Positions 1-11,400 of a stretch of 64,000 bases of DNA are shown here, piece after piece. Each line of letters begins with the position of its first letter. The first letter of the stretch is position 1. The stretch lies in contig NC_092673.1 of NCBI RefSeq assembly GCF_964355755.1, positions 4,216,001 to 4,280,000 of the forward strand. Direction: 5' to 3'. Source of the stretch: Antedon mediterranea (taxonomy: Eukaryota > Animalia > Echinodermata). The notes beneath the pieces were generated by a model. The model did not search any database, had not been told where the DNA came from, and was given only the letters and a program-made list of their open reading frames with translations. The translations under genes and the position numbers were made by a program.

Positions 1-1085
1 GAGTACCAAATTTTGTTTAATTGTGATTCATGCTTGTGAAGATATGAATACAAACGTGATTTCGTTAAATCGCGCGTAGATTGATTGATTGATTGCGCAC
101 CGTGAAAACATAACCACATCGATTCCTGGTCATAAGGAATATACTCTGAAAAATTGACTTAGCTAGATGAAACTGATGCCAAGATTCACGGACAAAATAG
201 TGCTAAGGAAAGAATAAATAAATAAATAAATAAATAAATAAAGATCCTGACAGAATCAAGAGGTTATATGCATTAATGCATATAACCTAATTACAAATTT
301 TAACAGAAAAATATGAAATCATATTACAGCCAAAAACTTAATACTGAAATAAGGATCTACTGATAAAAATGGCAGTAGAGACAAAAATTGACGGATGTTG
401 TTTATAACTAGCTAGTCTGTTAGGCCTACATTTCTTTATAAATAGTAGCCTAACTATTACAACAACTAAAGCCAAAGTCTAGTCATGTCCTGGGACCACA
501 CTCTATTAGTCACCACGGATTGACTTTTTTCATCTTCGACTTTTGGGACCAGGAATGCTAGTAGACCAAACCCAGTACCGTTTTGATTCCGATAATTCAG
601 GAAATTTCCTCATGACATAATGATTCCTCAAGTTATTATTGTGTCCATTTACATTGCATGCTAGTATACTTTAAGAGGTGCCACTAGCTGGCGTTTTGAT
701 TTTTATTTGTAAAAATGATACCCCATGTCCACCAATTTATTTTACAAATATTTAGCCAAATCATCACGATCTACAACCTAGACCAATTTCTAAATGTGCA
801 AACATTATTGCATTGTTAGTAATATACTACCATAGCTTTCTGAACATGCAAATTGTGAATAATCACCCACATATTAGTATACATTGTATCAGAAAGCACT
901 ATTCAAAATAGAGGTAATTTCCAGAGTACATAATAATGTTAGTGTCCAAGAAATATATAAAAATACCTAGAGTTAATATTTTAAAAAGATGAGTATATTG
1001 TTTGTAATTACAAAGTGAACAGAAGTTTTAATAGCTAAGATAAATTTCTCAATTGCCATCCTTCTGAATTGGGAGAAATATGTTA

Positions 1086-1246
1086 AGCTCTGTCTACACT
1101 ATCAAACTAGTTTGACAAAAACAGTGTGATGTGCCCAAATATGGTAGTGATATGCTTGATTATGGTAGTGATATGACATCATCATGTCCATATATGGGCA
1201 TATTACATTTTTTTGTCACATAAAGTTTGATAGTGTAGGCAGAGCT
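1086..1246. mobile_element. MITE family A (PIF/Harbinger-like), copy 1
   Basis: TIR AGCTCTGTCTACACTATCAAACT...AGTTTGATAGTGTAG(A/G)CAGAGCT flanked by TTA/TAA; internal ATATGGTAGTGATATG repeats. Confidence 0.85.
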
Positions 1247-1684
1247 TAAGTAATGAATTGCAAGCAAATGATTAGAAAGTTAGAATTACTAAAATACTCA
1301 CTCATTCTAGCATACTAATGCATAGAGATATAGATAGTAGTGCAAAATATTAAAATAATTCATCTGTTTAGAAATCTGGGGCAATGGGGAATCTTTAATG
1401 TAGGTAGGTGGTGTAACAGTGAAATGGGTGATATATTAAGCTAGTTAGCATATCCCTTCTACCTAGCAAAATGCAATAATTCTGTGTTGGGAGAAGAAAT
1501 GATAGCATATAACCGGATGGTTTTGTAATTACAATGATATTGTATTCTACAGTGATAACCATCTCTAAGCACAATAAACTAGTTATCCCTCGCAAAGGTC
1601 CTTCATGTATAGCCGACATCATACATATTTCTGATTTAAAAACAGATAATTTATTTTGAAAAAATACCAGTACTTGATAAACAC

Positions 1685-4550
1685 CTTGACATTAGATGGG
1701 TCAAATCTTACAATGTACGGGACTTCAAAAGCAATTTGAGCCGACCCGCCTCCCATGTCTAGGATTCCCACGGTACGCTTTCGTTGCATGTGGTCGGTGT
1801 CACCATTAATTGCTGGCATCTCAACATCAACAATAGCGTCATCTATAAAGAATCCAGAAAGTTAATTTTTATTTATTATAAATAAATAAATTTTGGTTGT
1901 ACTGTACAATCATTTAAGACTTATTTAAGATTCACAGATAAAATTTTATGAAAAATAAAAAAATGTAGAATTCCAGTTAATTGTAAACTTACCGTCATCA
2001 GCATGGTCAAACCTTCCAAGTACGTAATTTATTCCAATCCAAGCATACACGCCCTCTTGCTTTCCCGAGATCACCTCAAAATGGGTGTCCGAGAACAAGA
2101 AATCAAAATCTTTAGGAACGTCATGAATTAAATCTTCTAGAATTGCTTTCTGTTGACTAAAATTATAAAACAAAGGATTCAAATAGGATAAAACTTACTC
2201 CAAATAGAATCTTTCATTCTTTATTGGATCACTGTCATTAATGAAAATAATTCCACGGGCAGATAATAATAACTATCAGAAGTATGCTAATGAGGTTCAT
2301 GATAAAAAAAAAATAGCTATATATATGAAGTGAGGAATTATTGTCATAAATTGGTAACATTTCTGATAAAAATCTTTCATTATTTGGTCTGGATCTGGTA
2401 GCTACTGTATAAACGACATCATATATGCTATCAGTATCACATACAGGTGTAATCATCCTATAGTTTTTTAAACATAATCAGTATTTTGTTTTATTACTGT
2501 AGTATCTTACAATACTATCAGTCTGTATATTCTGACAGGGAAGAATTTCATTTTAAAATTTTGTTTAGCAATATTGCTATAAACTGAAACATAGTTTTGC
2601 ATTGTATTTTTTGCTACACAATTTTAGAAATGTGTGGGAATAAGGTCGTTTTGTATAGCTTTTTGCTATGGTACACTGGTGAAATTATTCCCTGACTGAT
2701 GTGTTGAATGTGAAATGAATTTTAAATTTTACAAGGTTGAGACACTATTTCTTCTCGATTGATCGGAGTTAAATTGCAATCTATTGGAGTTACTGTACAT
2801 TGCAGTTCAGTTCGATCGGTGTTCAGATTTGATTTTAATCAATTAATTTTGTTCTATACTCTAGTACATGTGAACACGGTTTTAAGCCATGTTTACACTT
2901 TCAAACCAAAATGTGATGTGTGCATATATGGACATGATGATGTCATATCACTACCATATTTGAGCTTACCGCTACCATATTTGGGCACACTTTTTTTGTC
3001 AAACTAGTTTGATCGTGTAGAGAGTTTTAGACTTGCCTTTCAGGGAGCATCCTCATTCCCGCCGTAGCCAGTATGTATAGTGGCGTTTCTGCATGTTTAT
3101 TCTTTGGAATGTGAGATCCAGCAAACTTTAGCAATGGTTTTATATATTCACTAGCATCCTCTGGGTTTTCACTAAAAGTCGATAAACCTGGGGGAAAATA
3201 GAATAGCAGAAATGCATGAATACAGCACAAATTAATAACACAAAACAAATATTGATATAAAGTTTGCAGTGTGAAAGCCGAGTTAAGTACTTGGCAAAAT
3301 ATATCAGCAAAAACATTATTCAGAGAGAGAGAGGGCTTACTACTTGATATTTTGTAAATGGGTAAATAATCTGTTACCTGCAGCCTACTTGGCTGAATTG
3401 CAGTATCTTTTAATAAATTAAAAGGCTTCATTACGACCCTGACTTCTTGATTAATGCTGGTAGCCCAAAAGCAGTAATTAATAATGAATTATCATCTATA
3501 GTTTGTCTTGTGCTTATCTGTAAATAATTAATTACACCATTTTCTTACCAGGCTTAATCTTTTTAACAACTGGATTCCTATATTTATCTCTCATCTGTTG
3601 AATTTGTAATAATTTATTATGTTTGCCGTCGTGACGCGGCCAGAAATATACAAAAACTCTCGTCCCGCTGCTTCCGGCATCTAGCACAATACCAAAGTAC
3701 AAATTTGGATTGTTTATATCAGTAGCACCATATTGTTCGTATTTCTTTACATATTTTGCATAGGAAGCGTCTTGCTCTACCTTTCGAGTCTCATGATAGA
3801 TGATGATGGTTGACGATAAAAGTAAAACAACGATAATAAACTTGACAATTGTAGGATAACAGTACTTTGTGTATCGCAAACTTAGATGCCATATTGCTGG
3901 GATTTTGCAACAGCTTAAAATCCTATAAGAAAATAAACAATTGATTAATAATGCAATAATAATTTATTAACTTAAACAGAATAAAATGTTATAAATATAT
4001 ACAATAAAACGATTTAGGCCCACTTAGGCCTATGGTTTTATATTAAGAAGACAGACGATAAAATAAACAGCAAAAACTTGAAGCTGCATTGATTGGTATT
4101 GAGTTGAGCTAACGTTGCCGAGGAGTGAAAACCTTTTTATGCTTAGTCGCGCCTACTTAAGTTTCGTTTTATTAATATTATTTTATGTTCAATTTGATAT
4201 TGCGCAAGGAAATGTTTGCACGATTATTTTGTGCCCGGGCCAAGATTTCCTTGCTAAAATGGTTCATATTGCGCATAACACATGCATGATAGTAATGTCC
4301 CTGGCACACCAGTATGCACATTCAGTTTCTGCTGTTACTTTCTAGTATATTCTACTAGCTAGGCTTAGTATATTCGTAATACAAAAATTGAGTAGTGTAG
4401 GCAAACCATCATACCGCCCCCTACATTGAACCTGCCCAGTGACGTGTGATTGTGTATTCTTTCTTTCTTTCCTAGCCTAGCTAGGAGGCCTAGAAAAAAG
4501 GTTCAATATAACATGCGTAAATTCTCTAAAATCATTACTTACCAAGCCAT
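1685..4550 (-). CDS. ENTPD4: Ectonucleoside triphosphate diphosphohydrolase 4/7-like (GDA1/CD39 family Golgi apyrase), 5' part; remaining exons not found in window
   Basis: Coding exons 4550-4543 (ATGGCTTG), 3922-3549, 3187-3037, 2156-1993 and 1842-1685 splice in frame. Translation: MAWILSCCKIPAIWHLS..TM..DAGSSGTR (ACR1)..ATAGMR (ACR2)..LPESQQKAILEDL..ISGKQEGVYAWIGINY (ACR3)..DMGGGSAQI (ACR4). Closely matches the ENTPD4/ENTPD7 subfamily; the two paralogues cannot be distinguished. Confidence 0.9.
2885..3026. mobile_element. MITE family A copy
   Basis: Same internal sequence (ATATGGACATGATGATGTCATATCACTACCATATTT) with degenerate TIRs; ends 10 bp from the ENTPD GC donor. Confidence 0.8.
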
Positions 4551-5001
4551 TAATGACTATTATATAATTCATTCATTAAAATCTAAACTAAAGTTAAAAT
4601 ACACAGTTTATTATTTGACAAAAATCATAATTATTTCGCCTTGTCCAGACGACAAAACTGCCGGTTTCGTTTGCCGTGTCATCAATGAAGTGTTTACCAA
4701 TTTCATTGTGCGTTACTTAATTAATAAACGCGTTCTACTAAACATGTTTACATTAAACATTTAAATTAATAATTCTTATTTTTCCGTCCTTGTCTTGATT
4801 CGTAGGTTATTATTTATGTTATGCCTATAAGTATATTAAAGAATTCTGTCATAAAAATTAGAGCGCCATTAACATTTGTAAGAAACGCGTCAAACATACT
4901 TGTTCACGCACTCTCTACACAAGAGATTTTTATAATTTCCATAAAACAATAACACGTCGTCAAAAATAAAGTGAAGAAGAGTACTGTTTTTACCTAATAA
5001 A
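4551..5001. promoter_or_regulatory. Probable bidirectional promoter shared by ENTPD4-like and BNIP1
   Basis: The two start codons (4550 on -, 5002 on +) diverge only about 450 bp apart; the region is locally CpG-richer. TSSs not determined. Confidence 0.6.
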
Positions 5002-6734
5002 ATGACAAACAATAGCGTAGAAGAACGTGTTCTCATTCAAGAAATAGCTAAACATGATTTGCAAATATCTGCACTTATACAGGTTATATTTTAGATCGTA
5101 CAGTTTTGATTTATTTTGCTAGGCCTGGATTTCTGAGCAGCAGTAGCCTAGGCCTAGTATCCTACAATAAGGAGGTCGTCTGTGCACTGAAAGCGAGCAT
5201 GACAAATCGAACTTACCTAGGCCTAGCCTCATTAAATAGGGTAGAATGTCTTTAATAACATTGATATTTTTTCCAAACAGGATATTCGACAAAATGTTAA
5301 CACTATCGATGCGCTTGAGGATGTTCATTTGAAAATAAAGGAAGAATTAAAGATTATTAAAACAAGAGTTGAAGTGAGTCATTTATTTGATCATACAGTA
5401 GGGCAGGGAGTTGTACAACTCCCTGCTGAGTAGGGTAGGCCTAAATGTATTTTTTTTTCTGTATAATGTACCACCGACGCACGGATGAATGTCACCTTTC
5501 ATTTTTCTATCTTTAAATCAGTTTTATTTTTATTCCAAGGATCTTGATGTATTGGCAAAAGAACAAGATGACGAAAACCAGAAACATCAATACCAGAATA
5601 CTGTAGATAAATATAAGAAACAAATTATCAGGCAAGTATTTCATTATTCATTTTAATATTTATTCGTTTTAATTTGAACCCTTCGTATCACCTTCCTATT
5701 TTATAAATTCCTCTGCATCAGACTTCACTCTCCTCATACAACAGTTAAAAAACATACAGTAAAGGGTTTATTAGGGTGTTGATATCACACACATTGTTAA
5801 ATAACATTTGATTTCCTCTTTTTTAGCACTCACACAGAAATTAAAAAAGCAAGACTGGCGTGTAAAATGAAGATTGACCAAAATGACAAAGATGAACTTC
5901 TTTCTGGAAGTTTAGACCCGGAACTAAAACAAAGGTGACGTTTATTATAATGAACTATGAATAAATTTGCAAGTAGTATACTAGAGTTAGAAAGCTGTTT
6001 AGACCCGGAACTAAAACAAAGGTGACGTTTATTATAATGAACTATGAATAAATTGGCAAGTAGTATCCTAGAGTTAGAAAGCTGTTTAGACCCGGAACTA
6101 AAACAAAGGTGATGTTTATTATAATGAACTATGAATAAATTGGCAAGTAGTATCCTAGAGTTAGAAAGCTGTTTAGACCCGGAACTAAAACAAAGGTGAC
6201 GTTTATTATAATGAACTATGAATAAATTGGCAAGTAGTATACTAGAGTTAGAAAGCTGTTTATGTGGTGTATTTAGAATTTATTTTCTATTTTTAAGGAA
6301 AAAGAAGGAAAGTCGTGCAAAGACAGCGTCAACTATAACAGAAAACCTGATGGCTTTAAATAAAATGATGGTACAAAGTGTTGAACAGAGTGAAAACACC
6401 AATAAGGTTTTAGGTAAACATATCATTGATATTTTTGTTTCCCTTTTCTTTTTTATCTGTCTGTTTAAATTTAATCTGTCTTTAGGCATGTCTCCCACAA
6501 GCATTATGCTTTTTTTAACATACCTTCTTCAATTATTTCATTTCAGATAAATCATCCAAAGGCATATCAAAAGCACATGACGAATTTGAAAAAATGAATC
6601 GAGGAATTCGTACAAGCGGAAACTTTTTAACGAAATATAACAGAAGAGAACTCACGGACAAACTTTTCATGTTTCTTGCGGTGGCGCTTTTCTTTGGAAC
6701 AGTTGTTTACATTATACAAAAACGATTTCTCTGA
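5002..6734 (+). CDS. BNIP1: Vesicle transport protein SEC20 / BNIP1 (ER SNARE)
   Basis: Exons 5002-5082, 5281-5373, 5540-5631, 5827-5934, 6298-6413 and 6547-6734 splice in frame. Translation: MTNNSVEERVLIQEIAKHDLQISALIQDIRQ..LAKEQD..ASTITENLM..TKYNRRELTDKLFMFLAVALFFGTVVYIIQKRFL*, matching the Sec20 domain and C-terminal tail anchor of BNIP1. Confidence 0.95.
5910..6262 (+). repeat. 87-bp tandem repeat, 4 copies, spanning the BNIP1 exon 4/intron 4 boundary
   Basis: Units start at 5910, 5997, 6084 and 6171 (GTTTAGACCCGGAACTAAAACAAAGGTGACG...AGAAAGCT) and are nearly identical; the array ends with GTTTA microhomology at 6258-6262. Confidence 0.95.
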
Positions 6735-7109
6735 AAAAAATATTTAATATTAGAATCATGCATTAATTTTTGTTAAATATTGTATTTAAATCGATAATAT
6801 ATTTATGGAATTCAAATAATAAAGATTCCAAGTACATTCTCCCAGTTTTCCAGTAATTTTTTAGGATATCAGACATGAAATATACATGTACTACAGTAAA
6901 AAACTATATTCACATAGCCTACAATAAATACATTGTAGTGATTAATTTAGGAACAGTTAACTGGCAGAACAATTGAGCTATTCTAAGTTAATAAGTTGTG
7001 GGAACAAAAACAATACTCACTATATCTGGTATATTAGGCAAGTCCCATCATTTCTGAACATTTTACTAAGCCTCAGCATTATGTGGTAGGTTGACCAGTG
7101 CCTTGTCCT

Positions 7110-7215
7110 CCATAGCATTTTCAACTAGGTACTCATTTACAGCTGAGTATACAGGGAATTGAACCCGGCTTTCTCTGTATGTCAAGTGTCCAAACCACTC
7201 GGCTACCCAACTCCA
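7110..7215 (-). mobile_element. Degenerate tRNA-derived SINE fragment
   Basis: Minus strand TAGCCGAGTGG (A box)...GGTTCAATTCCC (B box) followed by ACTCAGCTGTAAATGAGTACC. Confidence 0.45.
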
Positions 7216-8435
7216 TGGTATATTATATTCTGTACCAATTGGATTGTGTTATAAAAACACTTTAGATTATTGATGGATTTCTATTAACAAAACTCAAGTG
7301 ATAGGGGTCTTGAAGAAAGAAATTAAATAATTTAATTCAGCTCATTTATTCAAATACAAATTTTTTTCTACACAACATTTAAAAATAAATCCACCTGGTT
7401 CAGAAACCTTTTTTTACATAATTAAGTAAGGAATGAATATTCAAATCTTTAACATATGAATATTCATTAAGGTATGAATATTCATTTCTCTACTACTGTA
7501 TAATCTGTTTACTCCAGACAGACTACCTACTACCATTTTGTAAATACTATTATAAACAATAATCACTAAAATTATTTAAAAATAACTTACAAATTCCATA
7601 TCCATGATAAAACGGAAATAAATGTTTACAATTTGTATACATAATTATGTCAAAAACAAAGATGAATATTAACAATAAATCAAAATCTGACTAGCATGTA
7701 ACCACACTATTTTAAAGCCATTGTTTTGATATAACAAAATATAAAATATTTTCCTAAAATTACTCATATTTCGTAGGTACAGCTGTAGGTACACACACAC
7801 GCACATAAACATCTAAAAATAGGTTTTAAATCAAACTGGTATATAAATTTCTAAGTTTTCTTTTTAAAAAAGAATATTACATTTTAACAGCTTGATAATG
7901 GAGATAAATAAATTCAAAATAGTCCTAGTGTAATACAATTACCCCAAATTTGTACAGACATTGACGTAAACTATTGGACTGGTTCGTAAACCTCGCCATG
8001 CTTCACTGGTTCTTTGGCTCGCAATAATAAAAAGTCCTTATTGTAAAAACCAAGTTATATTATTACCGTACAGTAGCAGTAACACCAATGTATTCAATCA
8101 CCAACATAAAATCATTTCATTGGTTTAACAACAATTCAGTTACCTACATAAGAGGAGATAGCTACGCTCTTATTGGAGGAGATCATTCAATTACATTGGA
8201 GGGTTTATCAAAAGTAAACATCCCTCAAATTCAATTGGATAACTACAATAATTAGGAATGAACAAGTACAGTACAACATCTACTTATTTTCTCGCAAATA
8301 ATTCACAATTAATTTATAATATCAATCTATCAACAAGAAAATTTAGTAATTCCTATATTTTTTGCAACCTAGAAAATATAAAATATAAAACTAGGAGAAA
8401 TGGTCAACAACGATGTTAAATTACATTTGTCTCCG

Positions 8436-11400
8436 TTACGATTTGGAGGTAGATTTTTCTTTTCTTTTTCGTTTTTTTTTACTCTCTTGAACCGGTTCCT
8501 CATCGATGATAAGCGCCCCTAATTCTTCGTCATCCGACGTAGAATTATGAACGCCGTTTCCTGTCCAGGATTCATCGGATTTTTTCACCTTTTCTTTATT
8601 TTTTTCACATTCATCAGTCTTTTTGGATGGTTTGTTACCTTGTAACAGATTTTGAATTTTTTCCTCCTTCAACTTTTCTTTCTCTTTTTTCGAACGTTTT
8701 CCTTTTTCAGGTTTACTAACAGTTTTTGTTTCTTTCACCAATTTTTCCTCAACATGCTTTTCTTTCTTCTCTTTTTTTTTCTTTCCAGATGGTTTTTCAG
8801 TTTCATTCTCATTTTTATCTTTTTTTGTTTCATCTCCGTTAGTAACTTCAGACGTTTCTTCTTCTTTACCTATTACATCTTTATTTTCTTCAGCTGTTTT
8901 CATTTTTTTGGCTGGTGGTACACCTTCTCCAACCGATTTTCTATTTTTGGGATCAACCTTTTTTTTGGAGAGTTCTTGCACAACTTCATCATCAGAATGC
9001 TCTATACATACTGTTACACCTTCAACAACTTTGCTTTTATTTTCCTTGTGGGTATCACAATAGGAATTGGGACAAATTACACACAGTAACTTGGCAACCT
9101 TTCCACATTCATCACAATGATGCCATGGACAATCCCATTTCCCTGGTGGGGAGAAATAAAATAGAGTTAGAGGTTGAAAGCAAGAATAATATGACATCAG
9201 TTGACTATGCAGGTAAAATACTAAAGTGCTGTCCACACTATCAAACTAGTTTGACAAAAAAAGTGTGATGTGCCTAAATATGGTAGTGATATGCTTAAAT
9301 ATGGCAGACAACATCAATCATGTCCTTTTATGGGCAAATCACATAAAGTTTGATAGTACAGACAGAGCTTAAGAGTAGATATTACCCAATTAATACAAAC
9401 TAAATCATTTCAAATAATATGGCTAGAATGTTCCTTACCGTAAGGCTTTTTCTCCAGTTTTAAACAGGTCAAATGGTAAGATTTCAGACACGTTTTTCGA
9501 TCACACATTATTAAAGCACCTCCCTCACCACATCGGAAGCAGAAGTCTTCATGTTTCACTTCTAGTTTGCGTTTCTTTCTTTTCTTTTTATCCTTCGCTT
9601 TCTTCAACTTTTCTTCAGTCGCTTCAGCTGCTGCGGTCTGTAAATAGTTAAGTTTAAAATAAAATTATTCTTGTTAGGGTGTGGTGTTTAAAAGTAAAAC
9701 CAAATTCTGGAGTTTTCACCAGCCACTGGACCGCATTCAGAACATTAAGCTCTGTCTACACTATCAAACTTTGTGACAAAAAATGTGATGTGCCCATATA
9801 TGGACATGATGATGTCATGTCACTACCATATTTGGGCACATTACACTAGTTTGATAGTGTAGACAGAGCTTTAGGAACTGTCAACATACCTTAGCACGTA
9901 CACCTATAAATCCACTACAGTTGTCAGCTCCACATTCACACTTTTTCTTTTCATTGCCTAAACAATCTAGATTGTAGTTGAAATTGAGTTCAGAACCTGA
10001 GGAGAAAAACAGTATTAATTTTTTTTTTTTTTATTAGTTAATGTCATTGTAATATTTTTTTATTTGTAAAATATTGTATATAAGATTTATTTTTTTGTAC
10101 AGCGCTTTGGTCTTGGGAAAACGCTCTATAAATAACTATAATAATACTAATTAGCTATCATCTATCATATTCATCTAGGTTGAAATAAAAATGATTTAAT
10201 TTCTAAAAAATTGACAAAATGATCAAATCATACAAACAATTTAGTTAATTACTAATGATAATTTATTTTAATTAAACTAAATAAAAACATTAACCACAAT
10301 CTAAATCTCTGTCTACACTATTAAACTAGTTTGACAAAAACAAAGGTGTGATGTGCCAAATTATGTGATATTTCCAAATATGGTAGTGATATGACATCAT
10401 AATGTCCATATATTGGCACAGCACATTTTTTGTCACAAAGTTTGATAGTGTAGACAGAGCTTTATATCATACCTGCTTTTATATCTTTAACAGCAAACAG
10501 ACCCACTCTAATGTCGCCATTAACCGTCCACTTCTGCGTCTCACAGTTCGGCCAACAACAGTGGTTCATGAAGCGTGACATGTTTCCTTTGGGCCCTGCA
10601 TCGATCGTACGATCTTTATCCAAAGTGAGAAAGTAGAAATTGGAGATGTTATCTTCATGGTCTTTCCTGATTCGGCGATGACATTCTTCATCATCAACAA
10701 GTTCCCCTACATACTCGTTAACAAAATCACCCTGAAAGAATATAAAATAATGATATTCAAAACAAACACAAAAATAACCAAAATAGTGTGCAAGGTACAT
10801 ACAGTGGAACTACCATTAAGGGGAGACCTTTGGGATCGATCAAAGTGTCCCCATTTAAGGCTTAGGGAGTGGAGTTGAAGGAGTCGGTTTAAAACCCTGC
10901 CACTAGGTCAGGATTGAACTCCGAACCTTAGGATTGGACGGCAAGCATGTTAACCACCAAGCTACAGCCCTACAACTTACTTTCTTTATATCAACCTTTG
11001 TCATCAGCCCCCAGCCTCTTGGGCCGGTTTTAAATGGAATAGAGTCGGGATACTGCCTCTTTTGAAAGCGTTGATTTTGGCAATTTTCACCTGCCGGACA
11101 AACCGTTGGATGGCATTCCACCTGTAACATGCGGTTTAGGCAATCACTTCCATCACCACAAGGGTTTGTCATGTTGGGCTTACACTCACAAGGCTGACAC
11201 TGCGATATGTCAAATGCTGGCATGGCTTTTATTACATTGCCTACTGGTTTATTAACCTATGAAAAACAAAAATATGCACAGAATCTTTTATACTGTAAAT
11301 GAAAATAACATTAATTTAATACATTTTTAATGATTTTATTATTAAAAAGATTTTGAGACCTTTTCGACTTCAAGAATGGTTTTAGGAGAGTACCCGGTGT

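Noticed and set aside
1-145. Minus-strand open frame after a TTTTTCAG acceptor (YIPYDQESMWLCF...)
   Set aside because: Phase-incompatible with the preceding ENTPD exon and unlike the expected next ENTPD4/7 sequence (EFNLGCD...); cannot be supported.
2536-2694. hAT-like MITE with CAGGGAAGAATTTCA/TGAAATTATTCCCTG ends
   Set aside because: The inverted ends are visible, but there is no 8-bp TSD and no second copy in the window; too weak to classify.
6003-6195. Three 19-nt micro-exons adding 57 nt in frame to BNIP1
   Set aside because: The second copy introduces an in-frame TAA, so no full-length product results.
8652-9268. Phe-rich plus-strand ORFs (145 and 117 aa)
   Set aside because: Antisense shadows of the Lys/Glu-rich last NSD exon.
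10899-10970. Functional tRNA gene
   Set aside because: A/B boxes are present but the acceptor stem does not pair, and diverged relatives are dispersed; treated as a SINE head.
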